A stretch of DNA of 64,000 nt from Schmidtea nova (Eukaryota): the NCBI GenBank assembly GCA_044892505.1, contig CM097882.1, forward strand, positions 86,180,001-86,244,000. Reading direction: 5' to 3'. The notes under the pieces are model-generated. The model searched no databases, was not told the DNA's origin, and was given only the letters and a program-made list of their open reading frames with translations. The translations under genes were made by a program, and so were the position numbers. This document shows, piece by piece, positions 11,562 through 25,530 of this stretch. Position 1 is the stretch's first letter. Each line of letters opens with the position of its first letter.

Positions 11562-14500
11562 TGACAAAGATATTAGAGAAAAATCAGGCAACGATGCTTA
11601 CCAGTATTTAGTGTTCCAGAAATATTTGATCTTTACCAATTGCGTAATTACTATTATATCATTATTGGTCATTTTGCCTGTCAATATGCATGGAAATGGA
11701 ACTAGTAAGTGTAAAAGCATAGATTTATGTATAACTTATATTTATATCTTAGAAGTTAAATATAATGATTTCGCTACAACTACTATTCTGAATCTGTCCT
11801 CTTATTCAAAAATGATATGGGTTCATGCTGTTCTTTCATTCCTTTATTTTTTTGGGATTGTTGCTATTATTTGGCATTTTGCAACAACTCTTCAAATCAC
11901 GACCATTCAAGAGGTTAATTCTTTTTTCATTTTAGTAAAATTTATTAGGATTATTTAAATTCTTTAGGTATCCAATACTCTCCTTGTCGACGGAATTCCA
12001 AAGGATTCCAGTTTTCGAAGTATTATATTAGATCATTTCAAGTACTCCTTTCTTATTCTTGATTTATTTTTGCTTAATTCTTTTATATTTATTTGTTTAA
12101 TTATTTAATCTTATCTCAATATGAAATTTTTGTTAGTCCTTATTTCGTGGCGTTTGTTTGAATGTATTCATTTAAAAGTCACTTGTTAAAGACTTTGTTG
12201 AATATTTGTGGCTATCTTTAAGAATTTACTGATTTATTGTCATCTAGCAATACAATTTTACTTTCAATGAATGATAAAAAATTAAAATAAAAAATAGTTA
12301 TTGATGAAATAACGCTGAACTAGAATCTCCATTGTTTTCATCAGGAGCAATTAAAAGGCCCTCAGTGGTTTCCTTAGTCAATTTTACTACAAAGCCTTTT
12401 CAATACGCATTTTTTTCAAAATGGAATCGAGGTTATAGATACTTTTGTCAGGTTTTTTAAACGTCGAAAATAATGACCACGGTCTAAAAATCAAAAGTTT
12501 AATCATATTTTTATTATATTTAAAATCACAAAAGCTATTAGAAGTAATGTATAACCCTGCATCCGCTGGCTATCTATATATTTCTCTTTCGAAACCCTTA
12601 TCCGCTCTTTTAACTAACAAATATAAAAATGATATATATATATATATATATATATAATCATGATTATCTTTTTTCACCTTTGATTTTTTTTATTAATAAT
12701 ATCAATAATTCCCATAATGCATGACTATAGATCAAAATTTCTTTAAATAAGTACACAATATTTCGGCACAGCTTGATAAAGGCTATGCTGAAATATTGTG
12801 TGCTTATTTAAAGAAATTTTGATCTATAGTCATCCNNNNNNNNNNNNNNNNNNNNNNNNNNNNNNNNNNNNNNNNNNNNNNNNNNNNNNNNNNNNNNNNN
12901 NNNNNNNNNNNNNNNNNNNNNNNNNNNNNNNNNNNNNNNNNNNNNNNNNNNNNNNNNNNNNNNNNNNNNNNNNNNNNNNNNNNNNNNNNNNNNNNNNNNN
13001 NNNNNNNNNNNNNNNNNNNNNNNNNNNNNNNNNNNNNNNNNNNNNNNNNNNNNNNNNNNNNNNNNNNNNNNNNNNNNNNNNNNNNNNNNNNNNNNNNNNN
13101 NNNNNNNNNNNNNNNNNNNNNNNNNNNNNCCTTCAAGGGGTTCTGCTTCGGATGTTGATCACCCAAAATAATTAATATTATTAAAATGTGATTATCGCAG
13201 AAGTTTTGTACTTTATTTTGCAAGGTTCATTTCATATGAATAAGATGCATTACTAATACGATATTCATACATTGTATACATCAATGATGAGTGAAAAACA
13301 TTGTACCACAACTTTAGAAAATTTTCTTTGTATTTAATTAAAGATGTATTTTTTTAATAATTAAACAGGTTATATTTTTTAATTTAAAAATCAGAGAGGC
13401 ATATCCAGAATGTGAAATTAAAGAAATTCAGTTCGCTCACAACATGAGAAAATTGATTCATTTAAATTTACAAAGGTAATTAAATTAAAACAATAAATTC
13501 CATATAATTAAAACAAATTCTAAAGAGAAATAGCAATCCATGCTCGAAATGAAGCCACTCAACAGTACATGGATACCGGAGTCCGCCGTACAATGGTTCC
13601 TAAATTTTGCGGCCAATTTCATTCATGCTGCGTTGAGGAAGTTGATGTCATTGACTATTATAATGATGAGATTTTGATTCTCGAAGCTCAATGTCAAAAA
13701 GAAATCGTAAAGGCTTATGATAAAAAAATTGGAGTTGCTTTCGTTACGTTTGAAACTGTCGACGACGCTCGCAAGTAAATATTTTAAACAACATAGTTGT
13801 CAAAATTACGTTAATAGCGACATGAAGAGTATTAATTTTGATTTTGGGAAAAGTCAAGACATAAAATAAAAAATAAAATATTTATTGTTTTAAGTAATTA
13901 TATAAAGTTAAATCATCAGACTTTGTAAAATGATTAGATTATGAAAAAATAGCTTGCATTGACTTTCTTAATTCAAACGAACAATGTGAAACGAGCCATA
14001 GCTTGTCGGTAGCTATCAGTCAAGATAAAAAAGGATTGGGTTTCCCAGTTTAATACCTACATGCAACAAAGTAGCTTTTTGTACATGAGTACATCGTTTT
14101 TTCACTCAATAGTATCATCTATAATAATTAATACGCTTATAGTATAGAAAAATACACACCTACCTGTATCTTGTTCATTGCTGTTTCACTCAGTAATAGA
14201 CTTTATACACCTGTTTTCCTAGTTTAAAAGTAACTATGATACAAGTAGGTGTACACACCTACGTTTACTCATAATTATATTGTTTTATTTTATAATTATA
14301 TTGTTTATCCATTTTAAAAATGGATACCAGGAAAGTTTATTTATCAAGATATCTTTAAAGGCTTTTATTTTGATCTTACAATGATATGGGATCACTAGAG
14401 AAGTTTTGAAAGTTTATCTATATTTTACAATATTATTTTGATTTTATAATTATATTATTTTTTATGAAGTTTTTTGGAAATATTTTACATTAAACGTAAG

Positions 14501-17500
14501 AAAAAATATTTTTTAACAATAGTTTAATAATGAAATAAATCATTTTTCGAATATTTCCATTTTTTTGCAACATTTGGGGAAAAATCGGCGGATAAGATTA
14601 TAATAATTCTTAAAATTTTGTATTCGTCCTTATCCAACTCGTTATCGATGGCTTTTTTGATCAAACAAAATCTATCTTGAAAGGACATTATGCCAAATCC
14701 ATTTGCTCTAGATATTAGCTAAATATTAACTAGTTCTTACTGGGGGGCATACCTATATCGTAATATGACTTCATACCTATATCTTAAATAAATACATAAG
14801 TTTATATCGTAAAAAAATAAAAATAAACCAATATCGTAAAATAGAAAAGTTGACCTATATCGTAATTCTTATTTAATATTTATATCTCAAAATAGAAAAT
14901 ATGGATCGAAATTGCTAATAAAAAATAATAATTTAAACAGAACAAAATTTTATTTTATTTCAATTATTTCAATTAATAAAATATAGAGTATAACATTAAA
15001 AAATAATTAAAGACTTATGAATTATTTTTTTAATTTTTAATTTTCTCGTTTAATTTAGATTGTAGAATATTGATTTGTTTTTTTAATTTATGATATTTTT
15101 TAACAATATTTGTTACGATATAAAGAAAAAAATATTATTACGATATTAATTCCCATTGCCTTTTACGATACACAAATTTCACGATCTAATTCCCATAGTA
15201 AAATAAGTTTTTTACGATACACATTCACGAAATAGAAGAGTTTCTGTAAAAATTTTGCATATTTCGGAAATCCTATTAAATATTGAATTAAATATAAATT
15301 TAAAATAAATATTACGATATATTTTCATCTTCTCGACAACTAAGAGTCGATTCATTTGAATAATATTCAAAATTTTGACTTGTCATGTTGATTTAAAAAA
15401 ATATAAATTTATTATAGATCTTTTAATTGCGTAAAATAATTTTACATATAAAGTTTGCTTGAATTTTTTATTGTATGCTGTGCTTGTGTGGATAATTTAT
15501 TTTTTCTTCCACTTTGTCTATCACATATTAAATCTCTTAAACTATGTAAAGTCTAAATTTAACATCAACGTAAGTTTTCATTTGATATTGGTAATTTTTA
15601 ACTTATATTATAGAATCTCTTAATGTATGAAACCAGGTATATGTCGTAGAAAAAGAGATAGTAAAAAATAAGCACACACAAAACACAAAACATAGAAAAA
15701 ACAGATGTAAATTTTCAGATGCGTTTACCGTTTCATTCAATATCAGCAACATATAAAATTTTAATCTATACAATTATTTGAATTTAAAGATGGCGGATGA
15801 ATTTTTTAAGTGTTTCAGAGAAATTTACTATGTGTTTTCCAGAAAAAATGAAATAATGTCGTAAGTTCTATATTTTAAGTTATAATAAATTTTTATTTTC
15901 AAAAAATTTCAGAGAATTCTTCACTCTAAACTATTACATTTTGAAAAAATGAGGATGTAATATGGGATGAATTATTTTTAATTATAAATATTTACCATGT
16001 TTTTAGCCTTTCAGGTATTCCACGTACGTCTACCGATTACACGGCATATAATCGAAAGTTGACATAATATATATTTAAAAAATTGTAAGATTAGGATTTC
16101 AGATATTGACAAAGCAGGATAATAAAAGCAATGGAAAATATTCATTACTACTTTCATTTGGGAAGTTCACTTGGAATATCGAAAAATTCAATAAGAAATA
16201 TGATTTAAAAATATAAAAAATATGGTCATCTTTCAAAAAGCAGCAAATGTGTTAGGAAGCCTCGAAGATTATTGTTTTATAAATAAATGTTAGTTAAAAA
16301 TTATTTTAACTTACTTTGATTGTACATAAATCCAAAATTTTCTTATAAAAAGTGATAATTTCCTACAAAGTGATTAAAAATAAAATCATAGAGCAGGGAT
16401 AATCTATTAAAGCTTTTCTAGCGATTTCGTATCATTTGTATCAAATTTTATCAACTTTAAATTTTTTAACATGGCTTAAACTTTTGTATTATACGCTTTT
16501 TGCATGTTGAATATCAAAATTTTAAAAATCTGTAGTATTTTTCTTGAATTGTTTTAAAAAAGTATTAGCTTCATATTTTGTTGTTTTCTCATACCCAGTA
16601 GATTAAGGTTACTGATCGAAGCCCGTGGACCGACGGTTGAGAAATATTAGTCTAAAGTCGCAATTAAATTTTAATTTATTTTAATAAAATTTAAAAATAC
16701 AAATACTTTTGTACCTTGGTTAATGATGGCCCTAGATAAGGACATACTTGATTAATGATGAGTGGCATACCTTGGGAAACGACGCATGATTATGTCCATA
16801 ATTTGGTTAATGTGTTTTTGTTCTTCTGGTAACGATTTATAATTAAAAATTTCTTTAATCAACTATTATTCTATTAATTTAAGTTTGTTGTAGCAAATAT
16901 AAATGATATGCTGCATATTTTTATTATATTTTTACTGTGTTTTAATATTTACTATGGTTTTGGGAAGGAGTCTATTTTCAATTATATATTTAGGGAAATC
17001 CCGTTTTGGATAGAAATGATTTTATTTAATAATAATTCTGGAACGGTTTACCAATGTTAACCAAGAAACCAAGGCAAATCAAAATAAACACATTTAATAT
17101 TTTTTGCAATTTTTTTCTTCTTTAATGATATTTCATAAACAAAAATTCATAATTTCATTTGGGACAATTTTGAATTTTCTTAAAATAAAAAATTATAATT
17201 GAGAAGTGATTAGGAAGTGAAAAATCCATTTGAAAAAAAATCGTATTTGAATGATCAGAATCTTTTACAGATCGAAATATTTCATTGGATAAACATTGCG
17301 GAAAACGCTTTTCATTTTAAATTATATTAATACATTTAAAAAATACTCCGCTATCGACTCCACGGTTTATTATTATTTTTTATTATTAAATTAATGCTGA
17401 TAACAGGAAACAATTTTATATAATAAATATTATTTTTATTATTACCATGACAACTTTAGAGTTCTAGAGGATTATCACTCATCTTGCTACATGCTCAATT

Positions 17501-19550
17501 ATCCTCAAACATCTACATTGTCAAATGACATTAGAAGTGCTTATTGGACAATTTCGTATGCTCCTCCCTCAAATGTCATAAATTGGTATTTATTTGATTT
17601 TCATCATTTAATAATATATCTATATATATTTCAGGGAAAATCTTTGCCATCCTTACAAAAAATGGCTAATAAAAGCTATCTTTATTAATTCGATTCTTTT
17701 TATATTTTTGTTCATTTTAACAACTCCAACATACGCATTAAATGTGTTGCAGTTGAATTTTCAATCGAAAAAAATTTCAATGGTAATTTATTAGATTTTA
17801 TAATATTTCATTATTAATTTTATCAAGAATATTGTTCTCAATCGCTTTTTACCTTCGTTTATAATGTGGGCAGTGTCAACGTTATTGCCGTTTATTGTCT
17901 ATTATTCGGAAGTTTTGATTGGTCATTGGACCAAAACCGATGAGCATATATCGGTAATTATGAAGACCTATACTTTTCTTATAGTGATGGTTTTAATCTT
18001 ACCATCATTGGGTATCGCGAGGTAACTTGGCTCTNNNNNNNNNNNNNNNNNNNNNNNNNNNNNNNNNNNNNNNNNNNNNNNNNNNNNNNNNNNNNNNNNN
18101 NNNNNNNNNNNNNNNNNNNNNNNNNNNNNNNNNNNNNNNNNNNNNNNNNNNNNNNNNNNNNNNNNNNNNNNNNNNNNNNNNNNNNNNNNNNNNNNNNNNN
18201 NNNNNNNNNNNNNNNNNNNNNNNNNNNNNNNNNNNNNNNNNNNNNNNNNNNNNNNNNNNNNNNNNNNNNNNNNNNNNNNNNNNNNNNNNNNNNNNNNNNN
18301 NNNNNNNNNNNNNNNNNNNNNNNNNNNNNNNNNNNNNNNNNNNNNNNNNNNNNNNNNNNNNNNNNNNNNNNNNNNNNNNNNNNNNNNNNNNNNNNNNNNN
18401 NNNNNNNNNNNNNNNNNNNNNNNNNNNNNNNNNNNNNNNNNNNNNNNNNNNNNNNNNNNNNNNNNNNNNNNNNNNNNNNNNNNNNNNNNNNNNNNNNNNN
18501 NNNTTTGTAAATTGGCTATTTTCAATTCAAAATATCAAATTAAACATATTTTATTTTCACTGGCTCTGTATATTTGCTCCAGGAAATTGTGCATTTTTTG
18601 TAAATTACATCATAACGGCGGCCTTCATCGGAACAATTTCAGAACTGATCAGGATTCCTGAGCTGATCATTTATTTATATTACCAAGTTGTTGTGCGATC
18701 TAGCGTGGAAATGTGGGGAATTAGAAAGGTTTTTTGATAGATTTAACTTCAGAAAGTTGAGAATTTATTTTGTCATAGAATGTTGTTTGGGAATTTCAAT
18801 TTGGATTGTGTTATTCGTGGATTCTATGCGTTTTCACAGTGACAGTGACTTACAGTTTTGTTTGTCCTCTAATAGCGCCATTTGGTAAGTAAGCTTAAGT
18901 TTTATATAAAAGAGTCGAAGCGACTATTAGATTAAATAATACGTGATTTCATTTTCAAGTATTTATTATACTATGTTATACATTTACTACTGAACTCTGT
19001 CTGTGAATTATTATTAAGTTAGTGAATATCCAAGGAATTGGAAAGAGTAGCAAATACAGAATGATAACGAAAGAAATATTTCTCAAATGCAATTATTTGA
19101 TTGCAAATGTTAATAGATTAATTTATAATAATAATTATTTTTCCATTAGTGTTTTTCAAATATATTAAAACACTGTGTTTCAAAATTTAGGGTCTACCTA
19201 TAATAAAGATACACCTGTTTTCATACACTAAGAGATTTATAATACAAGTTAAAAATTATCATTTGTAAACGAAATTTTCGTGGGTGTTAAATTTTGACTT
19301 TTCATTAACACAACACAATGAAATGGTGTATCAAACATTTAAAATCTAATGTCTTTTTCACTATTAAAAGTTCTACACCAAGTTTCAAAAATTAAAGTAC
19401 ACAAGGCCGTTTTGTAATTTTGTACTATGTATCACAGAGCTTTACCTTTTATTAATTGATTAAAAACAAACAGTTTTCCGACAAATACATTTCCTAATTA
19501 AGTTAAATTTCTTTTTGTTGAATGTAATATCTATATTATTATTCAACATG

Positions 19551-19630
<80 letters not shown>

Positions 19631-22196
19631 TTGAAATTATTTCATCCAAATTGTAAGTTATTTTCTATTATTTTGTTAAATATTCTTTTTCTTTAATTGA
19701 ATCTTTAAAAAATATTTAAATTTCTTATATAGGTGGCTTCAACAATATCTTTTAACGAACATTATACTAGAAATTTTTTTTTGTGATTTAAAATTAAAAT
19801 TTTTAACTATTTTCAAGTATTTCTCTAAAACACAAAAGAAAAATAATTCAGGTTATGGAGAATTGAAAAAAAACTATAAATTTACAGAAAAATCGTCTGT
19901 GATATTGTTTAGACTTATAGAATCAAAGAAAAAAATATTTAACAAAAAAATTAAAAATAATTTACATCTTGGATGAAATAATTCCTATACACATTTATTT
20001 TTGGTTGGATTTTTTATAAATTATTGAAATCTCAATCAATGTCATTTAGGATCTAATTAAATGTATGCTTAATTTTTANNNNNNNNNNNNNNNNNNNNNN
20101 NNNNNNNNNNNNNNNNNNNNNNNNNNNNNNNNNNNNNNNNNNNNNNNNNNNNNNNNNNNNNNNNNNNNNNNNNNNNNNNNNNNNNNNNNNNNNNNNNNNN
20201 NNNNNNNAAATTAAGCACACACCAAAGCACATTTAATTATATCCTAAATGAAATTGATTTAGATTTCAATAATTTGTAAAAATATCCAACCAAACATAAA
20301 TATATGTGTGTGTAATAACATAAAATGGCATTTAATTAGATTCTTGACATTGAAATAATTAATGAGGATGGAAAATTAAATAAATACGCATACGTTGTAC
20401 AAAGTTTTTCTAAACCAAAGCTCGTTTAGTAAAGGCCTAAATGACATTGATTTACACTCTAAATTTTACAGCAATAATATTCAAAATGTATTATTTATAT
20501 TATTAGTAACTTTTATGTAAATGTAACATTTTAATTTTTATAATTTAAATAAATATTTAAAATTATTTTTTAGATTGTATGACAAATTAATGACAATAAA
20601 AGTAAGAAATTTATATATATATATATATATTTTTTTATTTGACATTTAATTGCTATGCCACATAAGATCAAATTAAGACATTTTGGACAAATCCCCATAA
20701 CATTCAGATATCAACACGAGCAATATTGAGATATCTGGAAAATCAGCTTATTACTTTTATAAAAATGAGACCTTGTGTGAAAGAAATAAATTTATATCGA
20801 ATTTTGGTAATTACCTGAATATTCCCCAAATATATGGCCGGAGATGGCATTTTGGGAGATTTGTGAAAAATAATACTATATTTTCAATAAGAATATTAAT
20901 GTCTAACCTTTATTGTCATTCATTTGTCATACAATCTAAAAAATAATTTTATTTAAATTACAAAAATTAAATTGTTACATTTAAATTATTTACATATAAA
21001 TTATGAATACTAGTACAGAATGAATATTATTGCTCTAAATCAGTGGTTCCAAAAGTGTGGGTCGCGAACCGCTTTAAGGTGGGTTGCAAAAATTTTTAAT
21101 ATTTGTTCATATTAATTGTGCGCATATTAATTTGCTTTTAATAAATTTGCGGATATACCAAATTTGATGTCAAAGATGTTATTGCCAAAAATAGAAAGCA
21201 ATCTCATGCATCTTATGCACCCTCTTAATGATGTTTAAATATGTGCTTTTAAAAAATGTATAAATTAAAGTTTTTACTTTTTTCCTTAATTACACACTTG
21301 AAAAAAAGCTGTTCCAAAAATTCGTGTAACTTAATAAAAATATTGATCTAGTCTTTAAATATACAAGCTAAAAAGAATAAAATAGAAAATATTTGAAATT
21401 AAAGTGGAAATGAAATTAATTTATTTTTGAAACAAATGCAGTTAAAATTGTTTATATATGAAGATAAATCTAGATGTTTAAACGATATTGTTTTAATAAT
21501 ACTGATTTCGTTGGAGATATTTTGAAGAATAAATTTCTATTACTATTGGATTTATTATGTTTTGAGTTTTGGAAAAGTACAAAGTGTCTGATAATCACAG
21601 ATTTCATTACTTTATTCTTTATTTTCAACGCTTGATCTCATGTGAAATTTTATACTCCAGATTACCGATTGCCGGTGAAATAGATAGATGCTCGATTCTG
21701 TTGTATACAGTAGTTCATTTAAACATTTGTACAATCTAGTTGATAATTAAATCTTCAATTATCCTTTTAATTTAATTTTTTTAAATTGGTTATCCGTCAA
21801 AATGATTGGTTTTGTAGTTCTAGTGTTAATAAATAATCGCTCTCCGAACAAACGCAAAATTTCTGAAAAATTTCTTTAAAATGATTTTAAGTTTATTTAT
21901 TGAAATTATTTTCAGGTTTGATTTACATTATTTTCAAGTACGCTGTGGATAGATACAATATTTACTTTGCGTATGAACGTAGCTTTATCAATTCTAAAAT
22001 TCACAGACTGGCTATGTCGTTTACAGTTTTTGCCTTTCTTTTGTTGCAGATAAATTTGCTCATTTATTTGAATGTGAATAAAGTCAAGAGCAATTTGGTA
22101 TATATTTTTATGTTCATCAGCTGTATTCTCAGTTTGACGCTGTTTTTGTTCTTTACCTTTTATGGATGGTTTACTCAAGTCAAAACGAAAGAAACG
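11562..22196 (+). CDS. TMEM63: TMEM63 / CSC1-like (OSCA family) mechanosensitive cation channel, multi-exon; 5' and 3' ends not resolved
   Basis: GT-AG exons near 11562, 11755, 11969, 13395, 13527, 17460, 17635, 17830, 18504, 18779 and 21916. They encode DIREKSGNDAYQYLVFQKY..LPVN, FATTTILNL..WVH, TLLVDGI, GVAFVTF, WTISYAP, LPSF..LLPFIVYYSE..HWT, AFFVNYII..FIG..ELIRIP, EFQFG..YSW..CPLIAPFG and FKYAVDRYNIYF, all typical of TMEM63. Confidence 0.92.
14208..15638 (-). mobile_element. Copy of the CACCTGTTTTC MITE family (reverse orientation) with a nested insertion, in a TMEM63 intron
   Basis: 14208-14545 and about 15400-15638 match the reverse complement of the two ends of 60138-61192. Confidence 0.7.
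14741..15320. repeat. Foldback-like element with TATCGTAA repeats on the left and TTACGATA repeats on the right
   Basis: TATCGTAA near 14757, 14806, 14833 and 14859; the inverted form TTACGATA near 15113, 15139, 15163, 15213 and 15312. Confidence 0.6.
19552..19626. repeat. (TA)n microsatellite (others at about 26796-26865, 43282-43356, 62685-62728)
   Basis: Direct reading of the sequence. Confidence 0.95.
20505..21000. mobile_element. AT-rich MITE with ~90-bp TIRs
   Basis: TTATTTTTTAGATTGTATGACAAATTAATGACAATAAAAG near 20565 is mirrored by CTTTTATTGTCATTCATTTGTCATACAATCTAAAAAATAA near 20908. Confidence 0.6.
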
Positions 22197-22371
22197 GTTT
22201 GTCACTTAAATAATAATTTATTTTCATTTATAATTACAATAAAATGTTATATTTTAATGTCTATTTCAATAATAATAGGCTAACATTGACAATTTTTTAT
22301 TAAATATTATTATTAGACTATATTTACATTTATTTGTACTACTATTATTATTATCATCATTTATAATTAGT

Positions 22372-22860
22372 TAGGGTTGCCAGATTTTTACCACGACCAA
22401 CCGGGACAATAAAAAATAATATTTTAATATATTAGAAAAAGTTTCAAAATTTATTTTTAAAAAAGGTCGGCAATTCATTGAAATTAATAAAAAAACATAA
22501 AATAAATAACATAGGAACATAAAAAATTCAAAATTAAATAATATAATATATTCAAAAAACTTAAGATCACTTAGAACTAATAATACAAAAATTCAATCAA
22601 ATCATATTTTCTGTTAGATCTTGCATCCTTCAAAAGCACTTTATATTTTAAAAACATTGTCATATATTTCACTGCGATTGAAGTCGAAATTAACGATACA
22701 CTGTAAGATGCCTTCCACTGTTTCTTGCAGCAATCGATTTCGTTCGTCTGTCATCTGAATTTCCATTAGTGAAAATATCCGTTCAATATTTAATTAATGA
22801 AAAAGACACTCATATAACTGCCTTACTATATATTCCGAAAATCTCCTTTTCATTTTCAGT
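22372..22860 (-). mobile_element. hAT transposon 3' remnant (dimerisation domain plus TIR)
   Basis: TIR TAGGGTTGCCA at 22372. Minus strand reads IERIFSLMEIQMTDERNRLLQETVEGILQC, typical of a hAT C-terminus. Confidence 0.7.
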
Positions 22861-23709
22861 CATAGGGAGAAAAAAACTTATTCCAATTTACAAAAAAATT
22901 ATGATATATCATTAAATAAATTTTAATTATTATTTTTAATAAAAATACATGTTTAATTTATTTAAAATTTAATCTAAAAATTATTTATTCAAAATAGTTG
23001 AATTTAAAAAAACTAATTTTATCATTCAATTCAATTGATACAACAACACACCCATACAACATCCTTGATATTTAAAAACATTCAAAATGCAGGTGTTTAC
23101 CTAATTCTGCATATTAATTTGTGTGTTCAAAGCTCTTGAAATATACTTCACATAACATACATTCATAATAATTATTAATACTTTTGATAGGATTTTAAAA
23201 TCAAATATGCAAATCTTTCTGTTACAGTCTTTATTTGGATCACTAATATTGGACACTCCTTTCGGTTGAAAAAAGATGACGATTAGATTGATTTTCAAAT
23301 AGAGTAAAAATGTTAAATTAAAATAATAATTGAAAGTTATTTAGTTAAATTTTATAATTTATTTGTATAAATTAAAATAACAGTTTTTTTCTGTATGACT
23401 TTTACTAAAAAAATTATCTCTAAATGCAACTAGTCAAGAACGCGTTAAAATACTTTAGTATATTAAGATCCTTAGTCTTTGGGATAAATGGACTGTAGTT
23501 TAAGGGCGTCACTGATCCAAACTCACTTAAGAATTTAGAGAATAAGAACCTGTTTTAAAATATATTTCATTTGAGATATGAAAATTATACAAAAATATTT
23601 TCATGATTTCTTATATAGGTGCCTAATAAAATTATTCTATACCATTTTTAATTTCAACGATAAGGATTATTGATTGCATTTCTTAATAAAAGAACATATA
23701 TATATACAT

Positions 23710-24747
23710 CCCGGCCTACCAAAAGTCTCCAGTCAGACAGTTATTTACATATTACAGTTTATAATAAATGTCTGCAGTGCAGATATGAACAGCAATTGGA
23801 ACAAAGGTCACCAACACCTTCAACATGCGCATATGTGCACACGCACTCATACACACACAATATGACTACTCACATCAGACACACAACAGTGATAACAGTG
23901 AATCACGTTTCACTCTTTTTAAATCTGATGGACAGCAATTCTGCTGGCGTCGTGTAGGAGAACGATTTCACCCTGATTGCATTCAGCCAACTGTAAAATA
24001 TGTAGGAGGCAGCATCGTGTTTTCGAGTCTTTCCTCAGCTCGTGGAACTGGTCCTCTATTGAAGTGCAGCAATATGAGCTTGTTCCCTTTCTCCTAGAAA
24101 TTGAGGGACTCATTTTCCAACAGGATAATGCACCAATCCATACTTCGCACATTATGAAGGAATTATTTCTGCAGCACAGCATCAACGTTTTGGATTGGGT
24201 TCCACAAAGCCCTGATCTGAATTTTATTGACTTTCTGTGGGAGGGTCTTGGAAGACTAGTTCGCAAAAGGATTCCCATTGACCGTAACGCCTCCGAAGTG
24301 GAAACGCATCTGCATGAAGAATGGTCACACATCTACCCTGATTTCCTGGCAAAACTGGTCGATACAATGTTATTGAAGGATTGTCATTTTCTTAGAATAT
24401 GGTTACTCAGAGAGAGCTTACAGACTTTCAGAAAGGCATTATTTACGGATATTACCTTTGTGGAAAAAGTCAGAGTGAAACTGCTGCATTGACTGGCCAT
24501 CCCAAAGGAACTATTAACTACTTCCTGAGGAAGTACTGCCATGAGCAGACACATGTCAACATGCAACGTTCAGGCCGCTCTAAACTTCTAAGCATCCGTA
24601 TACAACGGCTGCTGAAACGTTTTGTGGTGCCTCAGCACTACAGACATTCAGTATCCGTGTGTGTTTGTGACATTTGTTCCCATTGCTGTTCATTATAAAC
24701 TGCAATATGTAAATAACTGCCTGACTCGAGACTTTTGGTAGGCCGGG
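23710..24747 (+). mobile_element. TIR element (CCCGGCCTACCAAAAGTCTC ends) carrying permuted Tc1 transposase fragments
   Basis: TIR of about 55 bp at 23710 and 24747. Inside, the DDE part (ESRFTLFKSDG, IFQQDNAPIH, WVPQSPDLNFIDFLW) at ~23890-24380 precedes the N-terminal HTH (MVTQRELTDFQKGII...RSGR) at 24399-24640. Confidence 0.8.
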
Positions 24748-24829
24748 TAATAAAAATTTTATTTCAATAAAAGATGTTGATTTGTCATTAGGACACTGCT
24801 CAACATGGAGCATACCATTCAAACAATTT

Positions 24830-25162
24830 TCAGCGACAAAGAGTCAGAACAGCTCGCATGATTGGTTTGCTTTTCGACTCGATTTTCACTTTAAATCCTT
24901 TGAATTGTCCTCGGTAGTTGATTTGTTGATCTTCGGATATAGGCTCCGGCTTTACAAATATTATAGGATTAAGCCACACAATCGGGAAACAGGCTTGTGA
25001 TTTTGGATGAAACAGCCTTGATAAATATTCAAAATTGTAGCATATTTTCTTTTCGTTTTCGGCAAGGTTATTGATTTGTTGAGACGAAAGGTCCAGCTCA
25101 TCCACTCGAGAGGATAGAACAGATTGTTCATATCCAAATTTATCCAATTCAATATTGGGCAT
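24830..25162 (-). CDS. Hypothetical 110-aa ORF; C-terminal FKGFKVKIESKSKPIM weakly resembles a Gypsy protease-RT linker
   Basis: ATG-initiated ORF. Compare IKGIKASMDLIDDAKPMF in the Gypsy pol at 32.8 kb. Confidence 0.3.
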   Translation of the reverse strand: MPNIELDKFGYEQSVLSSRVDELDLSSQQINNLAENEKKICYNFEYLSRLFHPKSQACFPIVWLNPIIFVKPEPISEDQQINYRGQFKGFKVKIESKSKPIMRAVLTLCR

Positions 25163-25530
25163 TTTTAATGTCTTTTTATTAGAGGTTTAAAAAAGAAAAA
25201 TATAACAATTAAAGGATGTTATTCAAACAAAATTATTTGCTATAATTACTCATAATTTCAAACATGCAGTATTAAATACTTACACATATACATATACACA
25301 CACACATATACATATATATACATATACACATACATATACATATACACACATACATATATAACATTATAAATAATTATATAAAAATACAATTAATAAATAA
25401 GCATATTGTCACGGTAAATGACAATATGACAAGGATCCTCTAAAAGAGTCCTGACGTTGATTAGAATCTCAGAAAGAAAAACAGTCGTTGGAATTGACTT
25501 CCTTGCTTCTCCGAAACTGTCTAAATATAG

